A stretch of 64,000 nt of DNA from Acidobacteriota bacterium (GTDB taxonomy: Bacteria; Acidobacteriota; UBA890; WLXD01). Shown here piece after piece: positions 43,107-52,577 of this stretch. The notes under the pieces are model-generated. The model saw nothing but the letters and a program-made list of their open reading frames with translations, had not been told where the DNA came from and searched no databases. The translations under genes and the position numbers were made by a program. Position 1 is the stretch's first letter. Each line of letters begins with the position of its first letter. The stretch covers positions 800,001-864,000 of the forward strand of contig CAXWPL010000004.1 in assembly GCA_963666215.2 (NCBI GenBank), written 5' to 3'.

Positions 43107-46100
43107 TTGTCTCAGTCCAGCCATGAGCTTCCGGGCGCGCTCAGCCCCGATCGTTCCACTTCGATGAGGGCAGCACGGCTCGTACGCTCTTCCTCGGCGG
43201 CGCGCCGGCTCCTCGCGGCCCAGGAGTGGCTCGCCTCGCAGCTCGAGGCGTCGGCGCCGCCACCCCGACCCGGCTCCGGGACCCTGCTGTTGGCGCCAAC
43301 CCGTGGTGCGGCCGACGACTTGCTGCGCCGCGCCGTTGCCGCCGGCGGCGCATGCGGGGTCTATCGAACCACGCTGCCGCAGGTGGCGGCCGAGCTGGCC
43401 ATACCCGAGCTCGCCGCGGCCGCGCGCGCGCCGGTGAGCGCACTGGGTATCGACGCGCTCGCGGCGCACGCGGTTTCGATTTGCCTGGAGCGAAACCAAC
43501 TACGCTACTTCCGGCCCGTCGCAGAGCTACCCGGGTTCGCACGTGCCGTCGGGGCGACGCTGAGCGAGTTGCGCAAAGGCGGCGTCGAAGCGAAGGCGTT
43601 GGCCGCCGTAGGCCGAGCTGGCCGCGATCTCGAGGCTCTGCTGAGCGTGTTCGACGACGCTCTCTCCCGTTGGGGCCTCGTCGACGAAGCCGACCTGCTC
43701 CGTCTCGCTGCGCGTCGTGTGGAGCGTGCACAGGGCCGCGCCGCCGGCATCATTGGACTGCCTCTACTGCTGGTCGACCTTTCACCCGCGTCGCCGGTCG
43801 AGGAACGCCTCTTGGCCGCCCTATCGGCGGCGGCACCGGCGGTCCTGGCGACCGCGGTCGACGGCGACGACAAGGGCTGCGCGGCGCTACAGCGGTCGCT
43901 GGGATGCGAGCCCGAAGACCTCGACCTGGAGCGGTCGGCTGGCGTCAGCGTCGGGTCGACCACGCGACTCGAGCGGCTGCGCCGAACCGTATTTCGTGCA
44001 GACCATCCCGGCGGCAACGTCGGCGACGACGACGGCACCCGAGCCGTTGGTCCGCCTGCCTCGACGGCGCCGGCCGACCACGACGATGCTCCGCCCCGGC
44101 TTCCGGGCATGGAGCTCGACGATTCTCTCGACGTGCTTTCGGCTCCCGGTGAGGGTCGCGAGTGCGCCGAGATTGCCCGTCGCGTGCTCGAGCACGCGGC
44201 CGCTGGCACGCCGTTCGATCGAATGGCGATCCTGCTGCGCGATCCACACGCCTACATGCCGCTCCTGGAGGAGGCCTGCCGCCGCGCGGGATTGCCCGTT
44301 CATCTCACTCGTGGCGCGGTTCGTCCGCATCCGAGCGGGCGCGCTTTTCTGGCTCTTCTTTCCTGCGCCTCCGAGGGTCTCTCAGCCTCCCGATTTGCCG
44401 AGTACCTGTCGCTGGGCCAGACGCCCGTGCCCGACGCCGAAGGTCGGCCCCGCCTCGTCGAGGTGCCGTGGGTGGAAGCCGAGGGCGCGCAATTGGTCTT
44501 CAAGACGCTGGTCGAGCCGCCGACCGAGGCCGAGCTCGTCGCGGTGGCTTCTACAGCAACCACCCAGCCTGCCGACATCTCCGGGCCCACCGACTTGGCC
44601 GATCCCTTCGATCCGGCCGATGGCACCGCCGACACGTCGCCGGTGCTCGCGGGCACCTTGCGTGTGCCGCGACACTGGGAGCGTCTTCTGGTCGACGCCG
44701 CGGTGGTGGGCGGCCGCGAGCGCTGGCGCCGCCGTCTTCGCGGCCTGAGGGCAGAGCTGCGGTTGCAGCTCGAGTCGCGCGACGAGCCCGACGACAATCG
44801 CGCGGCCCACATTCGTCGGCGACTCGCGCGGCTGCACAACCTGGAGAGTTTCGCCCTGCCGGTAATCGACGCCCTCGCCACGCTTCCTGGTTCGGCGGCT
44901 GCGGCCCTCGAGGGCGCGCCCGGCCAAGGCGCCAGCTGGGGCACGTGGCTCGAGGCGCTGCGCCGGCTCGCGATGCTGACATTGCGCCACCCGGAGCTCG
45001 TGCTCGGTGTGCTCGCCGAGCTGCAACCGATGGACAGCGTCGGCCCCGTGCTGCTCGACGAGGTGCAGCGCACGCTGCACGAGCGGCTGTCGACGCTGCG
45101 GGTGGAGCCGGGGTCGCGCCGCCACGGGCGCTTGTGGGTGGCCTCGATCGACGAAGCACGCGGGCGCGCTTTCGACATCGTTTTTCTGCCTGGGCTTGCT
45201 GAAGGGTTGTTTCCGAGGCGCATTGGCGAAGACCCACTGCTGCTCGACAACGCCCGAGACCTGCTGCAAGCGGCGCTGATAACCAAGGAAGAGCGTTACC
45301 AACACGAGCGACTGCTCTTGCGCATTGCGGCCGGTGCGGCGCGTCGCCGCTTGGTGGTCTCGTACCCCACGCTCGACATGGCGCAGGGTCGGGCGCGAGT
45401 GCCTTCCTTTTACGCGCTCGATGTTCTGCGGGCTGCTGAAGGCAGGCTTCCCGATATCGAGGAGTTGCAGGCACGCGCAGCGGCGAGCACCAGCTCGTTG
45501 CTCGGCTGGCCGGCGCCTCAGGACCCGGCGCGCGCCATCGACGAGGCGGAGTTCGATATCGCCTATCTCGAACCACTGCTGGCGCGTTCTCCGAACGATA
45601 TCGCCGGCCGCGCGCGCTTTCTGTTGGGAACGAACCCGCATCTCGACCGTGCGCTGCGGGCGCGCTGGCATCGCTGGAAGCAGCCCTTTACCCCGGCCGA
45701 CGGCTTGGTGGAGCCCGGCGCCGCTGCGCTGACGGCACTGTCGGGGCACCGTCTGACGGAGCGCAGCTACTCGCCGACAGCGCTGCAGCGATACGCCGCT
45801 TGTCCCTACCAGTTTCTGCTGCACGCCGTCCATCGGCTCAGGCCTCGGCCGGAAGTGGTAGCGCTCGAAAAACTCGACCCACTGACGCGCGGCAGCTTGT
45901 TTCACGAGATCCAGCACGAGTTGCTGATCGAGCTGCGCGACCGTTCGCTTCTGCCGGTTACTGCCGACAATCGCGCCGAGGTCTTCGACGTCGCGGACGC
46001 TGTACTGCAGCGCGTGGCCGCCGTCTATCAAGAGCGGCTGGCGCCAGCGATCCCTCGCGTGTGGCGCAACGAGATCCAGGCGATCGGGACCGATCTGCGC

Positions 46101-46721
46101 GGTTGGCTGCAGCGCGTCGCGCGCGACGACGGCGATTGGATGCCGGCGCATTTCGAGCTCGCCTTCGGGTTGGGCACCCAGCCCGGCCGCGACGAGGCGA
46201 GCCAACCCGACGAAGTCGTTGTGCTCGGCGGCGTTCGGCTGCGCGGCGCGATTGATCTTGTTGAGCGTCGCCGGGTTCCGGGTACCTCGAAAGCCGTGGG
46301 CGGAGATGAAACGGCCGCGCCGACGTGGCGCGTGACCGACCACAAAACAGGCAAGGCTCCACGGGAGCGGTTCCTCGTACTGCGGGGTGGCGAGGTGATG
46401 CAGCCGCTGCTCTACGCGCTCGCCGCCGAAAGCCTACTCGAAGGTCCAGTTGCCTCCGGGCGTCTTTTCTACTGCACCCGTCGCGGCGAATACGAGACCC
46501 GCGAGGTTGAGCTCAACGCCGACACCCGCGCACGGGTCGAGCAGGCGCTCGGCATGATCGACGACGACCTCGCGGCCGGTTTCTTGCCGGCCGCGCCGCG
46601 GGACGGCGCCTGCCGATACTGCGACTACCGCATTGTCTGTGGTCCGTACGAGGAGATTCGCCTGCGTCGCAAGGACCAGGGTCGACTGGCCAGGCTGCGT
46701 CTGCTGAGAGGCACGCCGTGA
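43107..46721 (+). CDS. addB: AddB-like inactive helicase plus PD-(D/E)XK nuclease with Fe-S Cys
   Basis: FDRMAILLRD, LPGLAEGLFP, SPTALQRYAACPYQF, RGAIDLVE, DHKTG, QPLLY and CRYCDYRIVC; coupled to addA. Start uncertain. Confidence 0.88.
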   Translation: MSQSSHELPGALSPDRSTSMRAARLVRSSSAARRLLAAQEWLASQLEASAPPPRPGSGTLLLAPTRGAADDLLRRAVAAGGACGVYRTTLPQVAAELAIPELAAAARAPVSALGIDALAAHAVSICLERNQLRYFRPVAELPGFARAVGATLSELRKGGVEAKALAAVGRAGRDLEALLSVFDDALSRWGLVDEADLLRLAARRVERAQGRAAGIIGLPLLLVDLSPASPVEERLLAALSAAAPAVLATAVDGDDKGCAALQRSLGCEPEDLDLERSAGVSVGSTTRLERLRRTVFRADHPGGNVGDDDGTRAVGPPASTAPADHDDAPPRLPGMELDDSLDVLSAPGEGRECAEIARRVLEHAAAGTPFDRMAILLRDPHAYMPLLEEACRRAGLPVHLTRGAVRPHPSGRAFLALLSCASEGLSASRFAEYLSLGQTPVPDAEGRPRLVEVPWVEAEGAQLVFKTLVEPPTEAELVAVASTATTQPADISGPTDLADPFDPADGTADTSPVLAGTLRVPRHWERLLVDAAVVGGRERWRRRLRGLRAELRLQLESRDEPDDNRAAHIRRRLARLHNLESFALPVIDALATLPGSAAAALEGAPGQGASWGTWLEALRRLAMLTLRHPELVLGVLAELQPMDSVGPVLLDEVQRTLHERLSTLRVEPGSRRHGRLWVASIDEARGRAFDIVFLPGLAEGLFPRRIGEDPLLLDNARDLLQAALITKEERYQHERLLLRIAAGAARRRLVVSYPTLDMAQGRARVPSFYALDVLRAAEGRLPDIEELQARAAASTSSLLGWPAPQDPARAIDEAEFDIAYLEPLLARSPNDIAGRARFLLGTNPHLDRALRARWHRWKQPFTPADGLVEPGAAALTALSGHRLTERSYSPTALQRYAACPYQFLLHAVHRLRPRPEVVALEKLDPLTRGSLFHEIQHELLIELRDRSLLPVTADNRAEVFDVADAVLQRVAAVYQERLAPAIPRVWRNEIQAIGTDLRGWLQRVARDDGDWMPAHFELAFGLGTQPGRDEASQPDEVVVLGGVRLRGAIDLVERRRVPGTSKAVGGDETAAPTWRVTDHKTGKAPRERFLVLRGGEVMQPLLYALAAESLLEGPVASGRLFYCTRRGEYETREVELNADTRARVEQALGMIDDDLAAGFLPAAPRDGACRYCDYRIVCGPYEEIRLRRKDQGRLARLRLLRGTP

Positions 46722-49700
46722 CGAACCGATCGGACCGATCCGACGGGCCCTCCCAAGGCCGCGAGGGTTGCCAAGGCGGCCGCGAGAACAGTGACGCCGG
46801 CGAACATGCTGCGCTCGCGCAGGTCGTAGACGATGCCATGGCGCGTGAGCGCATTGTCGGCGAGCTGCGCCAGAGCTTCCTCGTCGAGGCGGCGGCCGGG
46901 ACCGGAAAAACCACGATCCTGGTGCGGCGGCTGGTCGCGATGTTGCGCGAGGGCGAGGCGCAAATCGGCGGCATCGTGGCGGTGACCTTCACCAACAAGG
47001 CCGCGGGTGAGCTCAAGTTGCGTCTGCGGCAGGAGCTGGACGTTGCTCGAACGGACGCCGAGCGCCGCGGCCTGACCGAAGCTGCGGCACGGCTGGGCGA
47101 CGCAATCGCGCACCTCGAGGAAGCGCACATCGGCACCATCCACGCGTTCTGCGCCGAAATTCTGCGCGAGCGACCGGTTGAAGCGCGGGTCGACCCGGCC
47201 TTCCGAGAGATCGACGAGGAAGAGGCGACGAGGCTCTACAACCAGGGCTTCCAAACCTGGATCGAGGCCAAGCTCGGGGAGATGCCCGAGGGCCTTACCC
47301 GGGCGCTCAGCCGGCTTGCTCTGCATGCATCGCTCGACGGGCTGACTCCGCTCGCGCGCTTGCGTGACGCCGGACGACGACTGCTCGACTGGCGCGACTT
47401 CGCGGCAGTGTGGACGAGGCGAGAGTTCGCGCGCGAGAGAACGATCGAGCAACTGCAGACGTCCATAGCCGCGCTCGCAAAGCTCCACCGCGACAGCGAG
47501 GTCGACGGCCGGGGTGACGGGTTGCGTGGGGCAATCGAGCCCGCGCGAAGCCTCGACGAGTGGATTCGCAGCTCGATCGACGCCGGCGACCCGCCCGACC
47601 TCGACACGCTCGAGGCTCGGTTGCTGCTCACGTTGCGCGAGCTCAAGCGAAACTCACGAATGAAGGGCCGCGGCTCGTGGCCGGTCGAGGGGTTGTCGCG
47701 CGCCGACGTGGCCACGGCTCGTGACGAGCTCATCGCCGAGCTCGAGGCTTTCAAGACCGAGGCCGATGCGGACCTTGCGGCGCTGCTGCGCTCAGAGCTC
47801 GGCGAGGTTATTAGCGGCTACGAGGAGCTCAAGCATCGCGCCGGGTATCTGGACTTTCTCGACCTTCTACTGAAAGCGCGTGCCCTGATTGTGGGCGACC
47901 GCGGCGTCCGCACCCACCTGCAGCGACGCTTCAGTCACATCCTCGTGGACGAGTTCCAAGACACCGATCCGTTGCAGCTGGAGATTCTTCTGGTGCTCGG
48001 GGCCGACGATCCGGCGGTCGACAGCTGGCGCGACGTTCGCCCCGCCGGCGGCAAGCTGTTTCTGGTGGGCGACCCGAAGCAGTCGATCTATCGCTTCCGG
48101 CGCGCCGACGTGGTGCTCTACGAGGAGGTCAAGGAGCGACTCGTGGCGGCCGGCATGGAGCTGCTCTACCTCAGCCGCAGCTTCCGTTCGGTGCCCGACG
48201 TGCAGGCCGCGGTGAACGGCGCGTTCGCGCCGCTGATGCTCGGCGACCGCACCACCGGGCAGCCTGACTACGTACCGCTCGAGAGTGATCGCGAAAACAT
48301 CGACGGGCAGCCGGCCGTGCTGGCGCTTCCGGTGCCCGAGCCGTACGGCACGTACCGCGTTACCAAGAAAGCTGTCGACGAGGGACAGCCCGAGGTCATC
48401 GCTGCGCTGGTGCGCTGGCTGGTACGCGACAGCGGCTGGCAGGTTCACGACAAGGCGTCCAAGCGACTGCGCGATGTGGAGCCGCGCGACATCGCCCTAC
48501 TGTTCCGGCGCTTTGTGTCGTGGAACACCGACGTCACACGCCGCTACACGCACGCGCTCGAGGCGCGAGGCATCCCGCATCTGCTGGCGGGCGGCCGCTC
48601 GTTCCACCAGCGCGAGGAGGTGGAGACGCTACGCGCCGCGCTGACAGCGATCGAGTGGCCCGACGACGAGCTGTCGGTGTTCGCCACGCTGCGCGGCGGG
48701 TTCTTCGCGATCTCCGATGCCGCGCTCCTGCGTTTCCAAGTGGAGGTGGGCTCGTTGCATCCGTTCCGGCCGCTTGCGGCGGCGGCTGACGCCGCCAAAG
48801 CAGAAGCACAAACACCTCAGGCGGCATCGGGCCTCCGAGAATCTTCTCCGGTGGTGCTCGACGCCGAGCTCGAGCCGATTCGCCAGGCTCTGCAACTGCT
48901 CGCGCACCTGCACGCTCAGCGCAACCGGGTGCCGATTGCGCAGACCATCCATGAGCTGCTATCGGCCACACGCGCGCATGCCGGACTCGCCATGCGCCCC
49001 GCCGGCAATCAGGTGCTCGCCAACGTTCAGCGCGTGAGCGAGCTCGGGCGCGGCTTCGACGTGCGAGGTGGCCTCTCGTTCCGTGGCTTCGTGCAACGGC
49101 TCACCGACGAGGCGGAGCGTCCCGGATCCACGGAGTCGCCGGTACTCGAGGAAGGCGCCGACGGTGTCCGCATCATGACGGTTCATGGTGCCAAGGGGCT
49201 GGAGTTCCCGATCGTCGTGCTCGCCGACATCACCGCGAACCTGACTCACGCCGAGCCCGGCGTCCACATCGATAGCGCACGCGAGCTGTGCGCAACTCGC
49301 GTCCTGGGGTGCTCGCCGTGGGAGTTGGTCGAGGCTGCCGACCTCGAGCGTTCGCGCGACGCGGCCGAAGGCGTACGTCTCGCGTATGTCGCCGCCACGC
49401 GGGCGCGAGACCTGCTCGTGGTGCCGGCAATCGGCGACAAGCCGTGGGAGGGCGGTTGGTGCGGGGCGATGAATCCGGCGATCTACCCGGCGCGTGAGAG
49501 CTGGCGCCAGTCGGAACGCGCTCCAGGTTGTCCGGAGTTCGGCAGTCGCTCGGTTCTCTCGAGGCCGCAGCGCGCCCACGGGGAGGTTGAGCTGTCGGTG
49601 GCTCCCGGACTGCACGAGTCGGAAGTCGGAACCAAGGCCGTGTGGTGGGACCCCAGCGCTCTCGAGCTCGGGATAGAAGGCAACTTCGGGTTGCGTCAGG

Positions 49701-50461
49701 AGCAGCTGCTTGCCGACGTCTCGAAGCCCAGGGCGGCCGTCGGTGACAGCGGTCCAGCGGCGAGCACCCAGCTCGGTCCGGGTGACGACAACTCCGAGCC
49801 GGCGGTGACTCCGAGCGTTGTAGCCGCCGGCAGCGAGTTGCACGAGCGCTGGCAGAGCTGGCGCAAGACCACACTCGAGAGCGGGGCCAGCCCGGAGATC
49901 CAAGTGATCGCCGCTAGCGAGGCATCGCACCTTCCTCCGGGGCCGCCGCCCAGCATCGAGGTTCTTCTTGCCGCTCGCCCCCAAGAGCGTCCGTCCGGTC
50001 GTCGTTTCGGCACGCTTGTCCACACGGTGTTGCGCGATTTGCCGTCACTTCTCGGCTCGCTGGCCGTCGGCGACGTGCCGGTTGACGCCCCGCCCGTGAT
50101 CGGCGATCTGACGCGCTTTCATGCACGCCTGCTGGGCGCTCCCGCCGACGAGGTGAAGGCGGCCATCGCTGCGGTCGAGGGCGCACTGGGGCATGAGCTG
50201 GTCCAGCGTGCTGCGGCCTCCGCGGAAGTGCATCGGGAGCTGCCATTCTTGCTTCGACCCGAGCCGCGCTTCGCGATCGAGGGCATTCTCGACATGGCGT
50301 TCCGCGAGGCCGGCACCGAGGGCTGGACGATCGTCGACTTCAAGACCGACGACGACGTGGAGCACCTTGCCGAGCACTACCGCGTGCAGATGGCCTGGTA
50401 CGTCTCCGCCGTCGAGCAGCTGCTGGGCGGGCCGGTACGCGCGGTACTGCTGGCAATCTGA
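46718..50461 (+). CDS. addA: AddA-like UvrD helicase plus nuclease
   Basis: AAAGTGKT, TFTNKAA, VDEFQDT, VGDPKQSIYRFR, MTVHGAKGLEF and YVAATRA; C-terminal GILD...VDFKT...QMAWY. Confidence 0.92.
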   Translation: MTNRSDRSDGPSQGREGCQGGRENSDAGEHAALAQVVDDAMARERIVGELRQSFLVEAAAGTGKTTILVRRLVAMLREGEAQIGGIVAVTFTNKAAGELKLRLRQELDVARTDAERRGLTEAAARLGDAIAHLEEAHIGTIHAFCAEILRERPVEARVDPAFREIDEEEATRLYNQGFQTWIEAKLGEMPEGLTRALSRLALHASLDGLTPLARLRDAGRRLLDWRDFAAVWTRREFARERTIEQLQTSIAALAKLHRDSEVDGRGDGLRGAIEPARSLDEWIRSSIDAGDPPDLDTLEARLLLTLRELKRNSRMKGRGSWPVEGLSRADVATARDELIAELEAFKTEADADLAALLRSELGEVISGYEELKHRAGYLDFLDLLLKARALIVGDRGVRTHLQRRFSHILVDEFQDTDPLQLEILLVLGADDPAVDSWRDVRPAGGKLFLVGDPKQSIYRFRRADVVLYEEVKERLVAAGMELLYLSRSFRSVPDVQAAVNGAFAPLMLGDRTTGQPDYVPLESDRENIDGQPAVLALPVPEPYGTYRVTKKAVDEGQPEVIAALVRWLVRDSGWQVHDKASKRLRDVEPRDIALLFRRFVSWNTDVTRRYTHALEARGIPHLLAGGRSFHQREEVETLRAALTAIEWPDDELSVFATLRGGFFAISDAALLRFQVEVGSLHPFRPLAAAADAAKAEAQTPQAASGLRESSPVVLDAELEPIRQALQLLAHLHAQRNRVPIAQTIHELLSATRAHAGLAMRPAGNQVLANVQRVSELGRGFDVRGGLSFRGFVQRLTDEAERPGSTESPVLEEGADGVRIMTVHGAKGLEFPIVVLADITANLTHAEPGVHIDSARELCATRVLGCSPWELVEAADLERSRDAAEGVRLAYVAATRARDLLVVPAIGDKPWEGGWCGAMNPAIYPARESWRQSERAPGCPEFGSRSVLSRPQRAHGEVELSVAPGLHESEVGTKAVWWDPSALELGIEGNFGLRQEQLLADVSKPRAAVGDSGPAASTQLGPGDDNSEPAVTPSVVAAGSELHERWQSWRKTTLESGASPEIQVIAASEASHLPPGPPPSIEVLLAARPQERPSGRRFGTLVHTVLRDLPSLLGSLAVGDVPVDAPPVIGDLTRFHARLLGAPADEVKAAIAAVEGALGHELVQRAAASAEVHRELPFLLRPEPRFAIEGILDMAFREAGTEGWTIVDFKTDDDVEHLAEHYRVQMAWYVSAVEQLLGGPVRAVLLAI

Positions 50462-50494
50462 CGGAGAGTCATGGCCGGTCGGATGAAACTTCTG

Positions 50495-50560
50495 CTTGTG
50501 TGTCTCGTATTTCCTATATTAAATATATCGATAATAGACCTATTTGATACAGGAATAACG
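50495..50560 (+). promoter_or_regulatory. AT-rich promoter/operator region of the PadR gene
   Basis: A sharp AT-rich patch (TATATTAAATATATCGATAATAGACCTAT) directly upstream of the PadR gene. Confidence 0.5.
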
Positions 50561-50615
50561 CTGTCGACACCCTGTTGGCTCCACGGAGACGTCAGATGAA
50601 CGCGAATACAAGCCG

Positions 50616-50999
50616 ATGACGAGTGCCGCTCCCGCCAAGGGATTCCTACCGCTTCCGCATCTGGCGTTCCAGGTGCTTGTCTCTCTCGCCGAGGCCGACC
50701 GGCACGGCTACGCGATCGTCAAAGAGGTTGCAGCGCGCAGCGGCGATCGCCCACCGAGCACGGGCTCGCTCTACCTGTCGATCGCGCGGCTGCTCGAAAA
50801 CGGGCTCATCGGCCAGAGTGAGGAGCCCGCCGATGGGGGCGGTCGCCGGGGCCGTGTTTACCGGTTGACCGGGCTCGGGCGTCAGGTGGCCGAAGCCGAG
50901 GCTGATCGTCTAGCCAGCTTGCTCGGGACAGCCGCAGATCGCCGGTTGCTGCCGGCAGGCGCGGCGCATGGCGCGGCCTCCGGGTCGGCGAAGAGTTAG
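50616..50999 (+). CDS. PadR-family transcriptional regulator
   Basis: VLVSLAEADRHGYAIVKEV...TGSLYLSIARL...RVYRLTGLGR. Confidence 0.92.
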   Translation: MTSAAPAKGFLPLPHLAFQVLVSLAEADRHGYAIVKEVAARSGDRPPSTGSLYLSIARLLENGLIGQSEEPADGGGRRGRVYRLTGLGRQVAEAEADRLASLLGTAADRRLLPAGAAHGAASGSAKS

Positions 51000-51044
51000 A
51001 AGAGTTAGAAGGCCTAGCAGGGTTAGCAGGAGGAGCCGGGCATC

Positions 51045-52577
51045 ATGGCCATCCAACCGCGTCAGCCCGCAGACAGCTGGCGGCACGCGGCGTTTCGACT
51101 CGCGCTCGTCGCGCTGCCTGAGTGGTTTCGTGACCGCTTCGCGGCGGACATGGAGGCGACGTTCCTCGAACGCTTCGCTGTTGCACGCGCGGCCCCACTA
51201 CCAAGCGATGGCCGCCGTCGGCGGCCGAGGACGCCGGCGCTCCGCGTCCTTCTTGCCGAGCTCGGCGCCGTGGCCCGGCTCTTCGTCCGTCTTCGTTGGA
51301 GCGGCCAAGCGCTGCTCGATCTTCCCGAGCACCCGGCTCGTGTTGCGGGTGTCATGCCCAAGGAGAGACTGCTCGTGGAGACGCTGATTCAGGATTTCAA
51401 GTTCGCTCTTCGCATGGTGCGTCGTAACCCCGGGTTCGTGGCCGTCGCCGTCCTTACCCTGGCGCTCGGCGTGGGTGCCAACGCCACGATCTTCGGGATG
51501 GTCGCGTCGATGATGGCGCCCCGTTTGCCGTACGCCGACACCGACGAGCTGATGATCGTTTGGTCCACGTTCCCCGAACGCGGCATCGACACCAACTCGA
51601 CATCGCCTGCCGACTTTCTCGACTGGCGATCGCAGAACGAGACCTTCGTCGACCTAGCGGCCCAAACGTCGTGGAGTGCCAACCTGACGGGCGGCGAGCG
51701 GCCGCTTCGTCTCGATGGCTATCGAGTTTCCGCCAACATATTCCGCGTGCTCGGTGCCCAACCGCTCCTCGGCCGCGACTTTCTTTCTAGCGACGATGCA
51801 TCTGGCGCCGAGGGGGTCGTAATGCTGAGCTGGCGGCTATGGCAAAGGCTCGGCGCTGATCCGGGTTTGATCGGTGACTCGCTGCGCATCGACGGGGCCG
51901 AGCATACGGTCGTCGGAGTGATGCCCCAGGGCTTCGAGTACCCACAGTTCCAGTTCCGGGGTGATTTCTGGGCGCCGATGCGGCTGACGCCGGAGCAGGC
52001 TGCCAGGCGTGGCGGCCGCAATCTCGTCGTCGTCGGACGGCTGTTGCCGGACACAACGCGTAAGGCCGGCGAGCTCGATATTCAGCAGATTGCGGAGCAG
52101 CTCGCGGCCGAACACCCTGTAGACAATGCCGGCCGCAGCGCCCGGCTCGTAGCGATCGACGGAATGATCGCCGAGCGGATGATGCCCGCCTTCGCGGTGC
52201 TGCTGGCGACCGTCGGGGCGGTGCTGCTGATCTGCTGTGCGAACGTCGCCAACCTGTACCTGGCTCGCGCTTCGGTGCGACGCCGCGAGATCGCCGTGCG
52301 CTCGGCGCTCGGTGCCTCGCGAATGCGCGTCGTGCGTCAACTGCTGACCGAGAGCGTTGTGGTGGCTACGGCGGGCGGCATTTGCGGATACGCGCTGTCG
52401 CAGGTCGCCGGCACACTGATCATCTCGAGTCTTCCAGCTTTTGTGGTACGCGTGGCTCCGAGCGCGATCGAAGGCGGGGCAGATTCCAGAGTCCTCGGGT
52501 TCACGATGATTGTCTCGTCGGACCGTCGCCGCCACCGCCGAATCCGCCATCACCACCGCCACCGGCTACGGGAGTGA
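51045..52577 (+). pseudogene. ADOP/MacB-FtsX-type ABC permease, truncated at about 52517
   Basis: QDFKFALRMVRRNPGF, TLALGVGANATIF, CANVANL and RRREIAVRSALGA motifs. Family similarity ends at VLGFTMIVS and the second half of the permease is absent. Confidence 0.8.

Noticed and set aside
42721-43107. 386-bp spacer before addB as an ncRNA or small gene
   Set aside because: No recognisable RNA motif, and no ORF with convincing start signals or family similarity.
43107-50461. Helicase-nuclease pair as an anti-phage defence system or Cas4-linked locus
   Set aside because: Architecture, order and motifs fit housekeeping AddAB; no CRISPR array or cas genes are present.
50991-51010. AAGAGTTAG duplicated at the PadR stop codon
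   Set aside because: Only two 9-bp copies; a trivial slippage duplication.
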